From contig CAZLXD010000002.1 of NCBI GenBank assembly GCA_964563185.1, forward strand, positions 1 through 51,542: a stretch of 51,542 nt of DNA, given 5' to 3'. The notes beneath the pieces are model-generated. The model had not been told where the DNA came from, made no database searches, and saw nothing but the letters and a program-made list of their open reading frames with translations. The stretch is from an uncultured Chitinophaga sp. Lineage in GTDB: Bacteria > Bacteroidota > Bacteroidia > Chitinophagales > LD1. Both the position numbers and the translations under genes were made by a program. How positions within the stretch are numbered: position 1 is the first letter of the stretch; each line of letters begins with the position of its first letter. Of the stretch, positions 44,914 to 51,542 are shown piece after piece.

Positions 44914-45726
44914 TTACGGCAAACTTGCCTTAAAGACATTATAAGCGTTTACATCTTCGCTTACGCTTATGTTGTTGTTGGTGGCGCAGCTTTGCGAGGT
45001 GGCGTTGTTTTGTATGTTGGCCACACGGTTATCGGGGCAGGGGTGGGTACTGAAAAAGGCTTCTAGGCTGCTGCAGGTGGTTCCGTTGGCCTCCAGCTTT
45101 TGAAAAAAGTAAGAAGCGCCCTCGGCCTTGTATTTAGTGGGGCAGAGATATTTAACGGAGTGTTCATCGGCATCTTTTTCGTGGTCGCGGCTAAAGGCCA
45201 GAGTGGTGAGGCCCGCAGCCATTTCGGCCAGTTGCCCGGCATTGGTAGTGCCTGCCACAATAGCTACCAGCAGCGATAAACCGTACTGCTTGGTCAGCTG
45301 CTCGGTGCTGTGGCGTCTGTCGGCATGGGCCATTTCGTGCCCCAGCACACCCGCCAGCGAGGAAGCATTGTCGAGATACTTGATAAGCCCGGTATAAATG
45401 TAAATGTAGCCCCCGGGGGTGCAAAAGGCGTTCAGCGTGGCATCGTCCTGTATAATGTAAAGTTTCCATTCAAAATCGCTGGCATGTGCCAGCTGCCCCG
45501 ATGCCAGAATGGTTTGTTTCATGCCCTCCAAGTAATTATAGGCCGAAGCGTATTGTGTTTTACTGAGCACCGGATACTCCGAAGGGTTAGAGGCAATTTC
45601 AGCTTCCATTTGCAGGCCGAAGTTTTTATCGTCCTCAATGGTAAAAATGTTCAGTCCGCCTTTTTTGCAGCCGGGCATGGTACTAAGCGAAGCTGCAATC
45701 AGTAGTAACAGCAGTGGTTTTTTCAT
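44914..45726 (-). CDS. M48 family metallopeptidase lipoprotein
   Basis: HEMAH zinc motif. Lipoprotein signal at the internal ATG 45726 (MKKPLLLLLIAASLSTMPGC). Confidence 0.88.
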   Translation of the reverse strand: MKKPLLLLLIAASLSTMPGCKKGGLNIFTIEDDKNFGLQMEAEIASNPSEYPVLSKTQYASAYNYLEGMKQTILASGQLAHASDFEWKLYIIQDDATLNAFCTPGGYIYIYTGLIKYLDNASSLAGVLGHEMAHADRRHSTEQLTKQYGLSLLVAIVAGTTNAGQLAEMAAGLTTLAFSRDHEKDADEHSVKYLCPTKYKAEGASYFFQKLEANGTTCSSLEAFFSTHPCPDNRVANIQNNATSQSCATNNNISVSEDVNAYNVFKASLP

Positions 45727-45805
45727 GGTGTTAGGTTTTAGGTTGCTTGCGAAGGTGCAAAGGAAACTGTTTTGTTTTTCAACGTCTCTGCGCATTGTTT
45801 TAGTA

Positions 45806-46429
45806 TTAAACGTTTACTTCTTCCTGTTGCAGTTTCATTTTAATGGTGGCCACCATCATATCCACCGCCACTTCGTTTTCGCCCCCCTGCGGTATAATAA
45901 TGTCGGCAAAGCGCTTGGTGGGTTCAATAAACTGAAAGTGCATATTCTTCACCACTTCGTAGCGGTCCAGCACATCCTGCACAGTGCGGCCCCGCTCTTT
46001 AATGTCGCGCTCAATAATGCGTATCACCCGGTCGTCCGGTTCGGCATCCACAAACACCTTCATGTTGCAAAGGTCGCGTATGCGCTTATCGGTAAACAAT
46101 AAAATGCCCTCTACTATAACCACATGCTTAGGGGCTATGTGTATTGTTTCAGCCTTTCGGGTACTGGTAATAAAATCGTAAACCGGCTCTTTAACGGCCT
46201 TGCCTTCGGTAAGGCCTTTCAGGTGCCGGTAAAGCAAATCAAACTCAAAAGCATCGGGATGGTCAAAGTTGATGTTGGCGCGCACATCATGCGGCAGGTG
46301 GCTGCTGTCTTTGTAATAACTGTCTAAGTGCAACACGGCCACTTTTTCCATGGAAAAATGGCGGAGTATTTTTTTTACCACCGTGGTTTTTCCGGAGCCG
46401 GAGCCGCCTGTAATACCGATAACGAGCAT
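45806..46429 (-). CDS. udk: Uridine kinase
   Basis: P-loop GITGGSGSGKTT and the overall Udk pattern. The start is 46429 or 46447. Confidence 0.9.
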   Translation of the reverse strand: MLVIGITGGSGSGKTTVVKKILRHFSMEKVAVLHLDSYYKDSSHLPHDVRANINFDHPDAFEFDLLYRHLKGLTEGKAVKEPVYDFITSTRKAETIHIAPKHVVIVEGILLFTDKRIRDLCNMKVFVDAEPDDRVIRIIERDIKERGRTVQDVLDRYEVVKNMHFQFIEPTKRFADIIIPQGGENEVAVDMMVATIKMKLQQEEVNV

Positions 46430-46566
46430 TGTAAATTTTTGCTGCAAGATAATAAATGAAAGAGCGATTTCGTTATAGTAAATGGTGTATTGCGGTAGGC
46501 AAAATAAACTGAAAGAAATTTTATGGAGTTGTTAAGCGCACCACATCACAGCAGTATATAAAACAG

Positions 46567-47472
46567 ATGCTTATGAAAGCGAAACATCTTTTACCGGTGG
46601 CTATAATGCTCACCTTCAGCAACCTGAATGCTACACAGAGCTACAAACTCTCCGAAGCTTTGCAGAACAAACTGGTTTCGGTAAAAATGAGCGGTGCCAA
46701 GCCCGATACCAGCGGCTTGTTTGTTTCATCGCACGTAGGGCCCTGCATGGCTATGGAAGTAATAAACGCCACTGCCGACAACCTGTTGCTGAACCTGGAA
46801 TACGGCTATAAGTTGGTGCCCGATGATACCGGTACACAAACTATGATGGTAACGCAAACACTGATGGTAAACCTTGCCCCGAAACAAAAGAAGAACTACC
46901 GCATATATGCTATGTGTACCGAAGCGCACGATGGCGGGCCGTCATCAGACGAATCATTTAAACTGGGCAAACGCTTTAGCGGTAGTGTGTTAAGCATGGC
47001 AGAACTGATAAACAGGAAACGCTACCAAACCGATGCTGCACAACAGGCAGTGTGGTGCCTAACCAACGATTACGATTTGGGCAGGATACACAGCGATGAC
47101 ACTACCCAAATGTATGACCTGCGCAGGCTGGTGGCCAAGCTGAAGGGTTTGCCCCTCTCCAGCATTTATGACACCAACAATAACACCGGCAGCGCTTACA
47201 CCCCGCCCGCCCCCAGAGTAGCAAGGACAAGAGTGGTTTACTCCGGTAGTTTGAGTTACAGTGTAAGCCGCACCGCTAAAGTGATGATAGCGTTGTTTGA
47301 CGAAGACAACCACATGAAGAAAGTGTATGTAAACAACGAGGCACAACGCGAAGGCCAGTACACTTACAACTACGAGCTAAGCAGCGATGAAATGGATAAC
47401 AAGAAACACTATCTCCGCATGTTCCGCGATGGGCGGCTGGAAGAGGAGATAGCCATATTACCTCGCGAGTAA
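46567..47472 (+). CDS. Hypothetical exported protein (301 aa)
   Basis: Signal-peptide-like N-terminus. No family recognised. Confidence 0.55.
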   Translation: MLMKAKHLLPVAIMLTFSNLNATQSYKLSEALQNKLVSVKMSGAKPDTSGLFVSSHVGPCMAMEVINATADNLLLNLEYGYKLVPDDTGTQTMMVTQTLMVNLAPKQKKNYRIYAMCTEAHDGGPSSDESFKLGKRFSGSVLSMAELINRKRYQTDAAQQAVWCLTNDYDLGRIHSDDTTQMYDLRRLVAKLKGLPLSSIYDTNNNTGSAYTPPAPRVARTRVVYSGSLSYSVSRTAKVMIALFDEDNHMKKVYVNNEAQREGQYTYNYELSSDEMDNKKHYLRMFRDGRLEEEIAILPRE

Positions 47473-47529
47473 ATCCGGGAAGGACAGGTTGGTTTATGTA
47501 GGGGCGGCAGGGGTGCTGCCCTTACTTTT

Positions 47530-48327
47530 TCAGAACGTTACGCCAACGCTTACCACCATGCGGTGGTAAGTGCGCTTAATAGTGTAGTACGTGCCTTCGT
47601 TCCACATGGTGTACCACCATTTGGTTTCACTCATATTCATACGGTAAGCGGCACTCAGCATTACCGAAGCGCGGCTGCGGGTGTAAATACGAATGCCTCC
47701 GCCTGCCGAAGCATATGCACCGCCTTTGTTTTCAAAACTCTGGTAATCGTTGCTGCGCTGTTTCCACATAACGGCATAACCGCCATCGGCAAACACATAA
47801 GGCGTTACTTTCCTTTTCAGAAACTCGCTGCTTACCCGCACATAAAACGGACTGAAGGTTTGTTTGTAAGAAATAAAACGATCAATACCCACTCCGGCCC
47901 CTATGTATAAGTAAGGCCAAAACTGGTAACCGTTAATGGTGTGTATGGAAAACCCGAGATCGTCCTTGCTATTGTTGTAATAATCGGTGTAGGGGTCGTT
48001 CTCTGTTTTTAGATCAACGCCATAAATCAACCCCAGCTGGGTAATGTTTCGGTAGCCGCGGTCTTTGCGGTAATAGTCTTTTTTAATGCACTCTAATTTG
48101 GCTTTGCGCACGTTTTCTTTTTTAATGCTGTCAATTTCGGTTTCATTAAAAACAAAAATGCTGCCGCCCAACAGTTCAATCTTCAGGGTTTCGCCAAATT
48201 TTTGTTCGGTGATTTTGCCGCGGATAACACTTCCGTTTTTCAGGTAAACCACATCTTCGGTTTCAAACTGAGCAAATAAAGAAGCGGTTAGTAAACAGGT
48301 GCAAACGAGCAGGAGTAATTTTCTCAT
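47530..48327 (-). CDS. Hypothetical outer-membrane beta-barrel-like protein
   Basis: Signal peptide at the internal ATG 48327 (MRKLLLLVCTCLLTASLFA). The C-terminal half has alternating aromatic beta-strand periodicity and ends in F. Confidence 0.6.
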   Translation of the reverse strand: MRKLLLLVCTCLLTASLFAQFETEDVVYLKNGSVIRGKITEQKFGETLKIELLGGSIFVFNETEIDSIKKENVRKAKLECIKKDYYRKDRGYRNITQLGLIYGVDLKTENDPYTDYYNNSKDDLGFSIHTINGYQFWPYLYIGAGVGIDRFISYKQTFSPFYVRVSSEFLKRKVTPYVFADGGYAVMWKQRSNDYQSFENKGGAYASAGGGIRIYTRSRASVMLSAAYRMNMSETKWWYTMWNEGTYYTIKRTYHRMVVSVGVTF

Positions 48328-48423
48328 AGCGCTATTTTTTCGTTGCACAGGCAACGCTTTCAATATCCGAAACGTTTCATTCCCGAAAACCGTTGCTTTC
48401 ATTATTCAACAAAACATATAACC

Positions 48424-49716
48424 ATGAAATCTTCATCGCTGAAAAACCTTGCTCCGTTTGTTGTGCTGAGCATTCTCTTTTTCGCTTCGTGCAAGAAAGA
48501 CAAGTGCATACAAACCGTTACTTACAAAACCTACGAACCGGTTTACATGAGTTACGATGAACTGCGTGCTGCCGTAAAAAGCGAACCGTCCCGGCCACTT
48601 AAAAAGCCCGGTAAAATTTACCTGAAGGGCAACTACATTTTCGTAAACGAAGTGGACAAGGGTATTCACATTATTAATAACAGCAACCCTTCTGCACCGC
48701 AAAACATCGGGTTTATCAATATTCCCGGCAATATGGATATAGCCGCTACAGGCAATGTGTTGTATGCCGATAGTTATGTTGACCTGCTGGCCTTAGATAT
48801 TTCGAACCCGCAAAATGTAACCGTGTTGCAGCGCTTACAAGATGCTTTGCCGCAGAGAAGTTTTACCGGAGGTTATTATGCCGACCCGCAAAAGGGAGTA
48901 GCTATTGAATGGAAGGAAGTGGAGAAAACCGAAGAGTTGCAGGGCAACTGCACCACAGGCGGTGGCTGGTATGGCGGCCCCTGGGTAATGGAAGGCGATG
49001 TAATGACCGCTACCAACACTGCCGGCAACACCGTTACCTTCAACAAAAACACTCCGGGGGTGGGCGGTTCTATGGCGCGCTTTACCATTAGCAACAACAC
49101 CTTGTATGTAGTAGATGATTTCAATTTGCGCAGATTTAACATCAGTTCGCCTTCCAGCCCTGTTTCAACGGGAACTTCTTACATAGGCAGGAATATTGAA
49201 ACCATTTTCCCTTACAACAACCGCCTGTTTATAGGCTCCACCAACGGCATGTTTATTTACGACATCAGCAATCCTGATAACCCTACCTACGTTTCTACCT
49301 ACATACATGGCACCGCCTGCGACCCGGTAGTGGTAGATGACAACTACGCTTACATAACCCTGCGCAGCGGAACGCCTTGTAATACCTCGCTTAACCAGTT
49401 AGAGGTAGTGAACATTCAAAACATTACCAACCCAACTTTAAGCCACACCGTGCTAATGAGCAACCCGCATGGCTTGGGTAAGGATGGAAGCGCACTCTTT
49501 ATTTGCGATGGCACAGCCGGACTGAAAGTGATGGATGCCACCAACCCGGTAGCCATTCCTTCTACTCCGGTAGTGCACGTTAGCAACATACAGGCTACCG
49601 ATGTTATTCCGTTCAACAAAAAATTATTGATGATTAGTGACGATGGTTTATACCAGTACGATTATACGAACGTGCAGAACATAAACATGCTGAGCCGTAT
49701 TCCGGTAGAAAAGTAA
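48424..49716 (+). CDS. LVIVD-repeat beta-propeller lipoprotein
   Basis: Lipoprotein signal (FFASCKKD). Repeated ...Y(V/I)xD...L.V.DIS.P..P motifs, at least five of them. Confidence 0.7.
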   Translation: MKSSSLKNLAPFVVLSILFFASCKKDKCIQTVTYKTYEPVYMSYDELRAAVKSEPSRPLKKPGKIYLKGNYIFVNEVDKGIHIINNSNPSAPQNIGFINIPGNMDIAATGNVLYADSYVDLLALDISNPQNVTVLQRLQDALPQRSFTGGYYADPQKGVAIEWKEVEKTEELQGNCTTGGGWYGGPWVMEGDVMTATNTAGNTVTFNKNTPGVGGSMARFTISNNTLYVVDDFNLRRFNISSPSSPVSTGTSYIGRNIETIFPYNNRLFIGSTNGMFIYDISNPDNPTYVSTYIHGTACDPVVVDDNYAYITLRSGTPCNTSLNQLEVVNIQNITNPTLSHTVLMSNPHGLGKDGSALFICDGTAGLKVMDATNPVAIPSTPVVHVSNIQATDVIPFNKKLLMISDDGLYQYDYTNVQNINMLSRIPVEK

Positions 49717-49820
49717 ACGTGTTTATGTGTTAAGGTGCGAAGGTGTTAAGATTGTTTGAACGAGCCATTCGCACCTTAACACCTTCGCACTTTGGCACAA
49801 CTTAAAAGCTAACTTTATCA

Positions 49821-50390
49821 ATGGAAATCGCTTTCAGCGTGATTGAAGAAGAACTGATTAAAGGCTGCATTAAAAACGAGCGCCTTGCCCAAAAGCGTTT
49901 ATACGAGCGCTTTTACGGCAAGATGTTCGGAGTGTGCATGCGTTATTCTTCGCACCGCGAACAAGCGACAGAGATAATGAACCTTGCCTTCTTTAAGGTT
50001 TTTAAAACCATGGAGAGTTTTGCAGAGAAGGGCGGTAATCTGGAGGCCTGGATTTACCGCATCATGGTAAACACTGCCATTGATTACCTGCGAGCAGAGG
50101 TGCGCCACCAGCACAGCGATATTGAAAAGACGGTGTATGTGGAAGACACCTCGGATGTGGTTTCGGATTTGAGCGCGGAAGACATTATGCGCATGGTAAA
50201 CAAGTTAACGCCTGCTTACCGCACCGTGTTTAACCTGTATGTGGTAGAAGGTTATAACCATAAAGAGATTGGCAATATGCTGGGCATTTCGGAGGGGACT
50301 TCGAAATCGAACCTGGCGAAAGCACGCGCCAAATTGCAGGACATGATTATTGAACAGAATAAAGTAAAAGTGAGTGTTTATGGAAAGTAA
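49821..50390 (+). CDS. RNA polymerase ECF sigma-70 factor
   Basis: Region 2 and region 4 patterns (WIYRIMVNTAIDYLR; YRTVFNLYVVEGYNHKEIGNMLGISEGTSKSNLAKAR). Confidence 0.9.
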   Translation: MEIAFSVIEEELIKGCIKNERLAQKRLYERFYGKMFGVCMRYSSHREQATEIMNLAFFKVFKTMESFAEKGGNLEAWIYRIMVNTAIDYLRAEVRHQHSDIEKTVYVEDTSDVVSDLSAEDIMRMVNKLTPAYRTVFNLYVVEGYNHKEIGNMLGISEGTSKSNLAKARAKLQDMIIEQNKVKVSVYGK

Positions 50391-51542
50391 TGCCGATAAG
50401 CAGTTGCGCGAAAAGCTGAAAGGAGTGGAATATCCTTTCGACCCGCAGGCATGGGAGCAGATGGAGGCCATGCTGGACGAGAAGAAAAAGCGCAGAGGTT
50501 TCTTTTGGTGGTGGGTTGGCGGTATAGCGACAGCCTTGCTGATAACCGCAGGTACCATAGGCTACGGCTTGTGGTTAATGGGCGAAGAGGACCGCTTTGC
50601 AGGAGCAGAGTATGCGCAGGAACAAGAGCAAGGGGAAAACAGAAAGCAAGTAGTTGGCAGTGAAGAGCAAAAGGCAAAAAGCAAAGAGCAATTAGCCAAT
50701 GATAATGAAGAAGAAAGAGCAAAAGACAAAGAGCAAATTGCGAAGGGCAAAGGGCAGTTGATAAACGGCAAAGGGCAAGAGACAAACAATAAACAGAGAA
50801 CAGCAAACAACAAACAACAAACCAAAACTTCGCCCGCGGCTAAACAAAACCGCAAAGGCAACCAGCAGCAACGCACTAAAGAAGTGTTGGAGCAAGTAGC
50901 AAACAACGAAGCAAACTATAACAACAGCAGTGCGCAAACCGAATTGGCAACTCCGGCTGTTCCTGTTTCAGCAACACAAAAAGAAGAAGCCCTTTCGCTA
51001 AACACTATGTATGCTTTATTGAATGGCAAGGACGATGCCTTGAACACCGATAAGAAAGAAGAAAGTAAACTGCCGAAGAAGAAAAAGTGGTTTACCTATT
51101 CCATTGGGCCTATGGCAAATGTTACGGGCACTATTCTCAGCAATCCATTTGTTGCTGATAGTGCTGCCCGCAACCGTTCCGCTTTTTCGAAGGGCGCTTC
51201 GTTTATGGCGGGCTTTCAGCAGGAGTTTTTGTTTGTTGACCGCATAGCGCTTACTACCGGATTTTTGTATTCGCAAACTTCGTTTGATATACACCACATT
51301 AACCTAAACAACAACTATTCGCGCCCGCCATTAGCTTATACCTGCAACATCAGCGAAATGAATATTACCACCGGCATTAAAGCCAACCTGGTAGCAAAAA
51401 ATAATGTGCGCTTTTATGTGCATACGGGTTTTATACATCACATAAAACTAACGGAGCAGTTTACCTATACTTATCCAAATGATACGGTGCCCGCTAATGT
51501 TTGGAACGGAAGTAATGTGGTAAACAACACCACCGGTTTCCC
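50380..51542 (+). CDS. Putative anti-sigma / membrane-anchored protein with a C-terminal porin-like beta-barrel (partial; runs off the right edge)
   Basis: Manual translation from ATG 50380 gives MESNADKQLREKLKGVEYPFDPQAWEQMEAMLDEKKKRRGFFWWWVGGIATALLI... This is followed by a K/E/Q-rich linker and then a beta-strand-rich region. The frame is open to the window end. It overlaps the sigma-factor stop by 11 nt. Confidence 0.7.
   Translation, partial: MESNADKQLREKLKGVEYPFDPQAWEQMEAMLDEKKKRRGFFWWWVGGIATALLITAGTIGYGLWLMGEEDRFAGAEYAQEQEQGENRKQVVGSEEQKAKSKEQLANDNEEERAKDKEQIAKGKGQLINGKGQETNNKQRTANNKQQTKTSPAAKQNRKGNQQQRTKEVLEQVANNEANYNNSSAQTELATPAVPVSATQKEEALSLNTMYALLNGKDDALNTDKKEESKLPKKKKWFTYSIGPMANVTGTILSNPFVADSAARNRSAFSKGASFMAGFQQEFLFVDRIALTTGFLYSQTSFDIHHINLNNNYSRPPLAYTCNISEMNITTGIKANLVAKNNVRFYVHTGFIHHIKLTEQFTYTYPNDTVPANVWNGSNVVNNTTGF

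Noticed and set aside
50560-50880. AAG/CAA/GAG-rich repetitive stretch with several long minus-strand ORFs (81-142 aa).
   Set aside because: It is the K/E/Q-rich linker of the anti-sigma-like protein on the + strand. The minus-strand ORFs (Leu/Cys/Phe-rich) are shadows of that low-complexity coding sequence.

Overview
This is a 51.5-kb chromosomal segment from a Bacteroidota bacterium, probably Sphingobacteriia- or Chitinophagia-like. The lineage call rests on T9SS type-A C-terminal sorting domains, GldB, DUF1573, an SprB repeat and TAnnTTTG -7 boxes. No rRNA, tRNA or CRISPR was seen.

Gene content from left to right:
- 1-7953: an AT-richer surface-polysaccharide locus with GT4 glycosyltransferases, an AsnB-type amidotransferase, a WbpB-like oxidoreductase and LhgO.
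- 7942-14603: a TetR-TolC-MFP-RND efflux operon.
- 14.7-32.3 kb: housekeeping genes. These are rlmN, ppa, nadE, gldB, LemA-TPM-TPM, a TlpA thioredoxin, a GH31 hydrolase and outer-membrane beta-barrels.
- 32.3-39.2 kb: an accessory stretch, described below.
- 39240-41120: an MbnP/MbnH-like copper-protein pair.
- 41297-44049: a TauE / persulfide-dioxygenase-rhodanese / rhodanese sulfur operon, lying behind a decayed IS1182-like transposase.
- 44.9-51.5 kb: an M48 protease, udk, three exported hypotheticals and an ECF sigma/anti-sigma pair.

The accessory stretch (32.3-39.2 kb) holds the most unusual content:
- A DUF433/DUF5615 toxin-antitoxin cassette is bracketed by a 56-bp duplication of the GH31 gene's 3' end.
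- An orphan three-gene module lies between two T9SS cargo genes. It consists of an XRE-type HTH gene, a 202-aa unknown and a divergent 322-aa unknown.
- The divergent intergenic region of that module carries 8-9 perfectly phased 21-bp direct repeats with a GGTAAC core, resembling iterons or a centromere array.
- The module's genes share charged C-terminal tails, and the HTH and 202-aa genes share a 29-nt 3' end.
- The region is bounded by two related perfect hairpins.

I cannot assign a function to this module from sequence alone. All family calls come from motif and pattern recognition, not from database searches.
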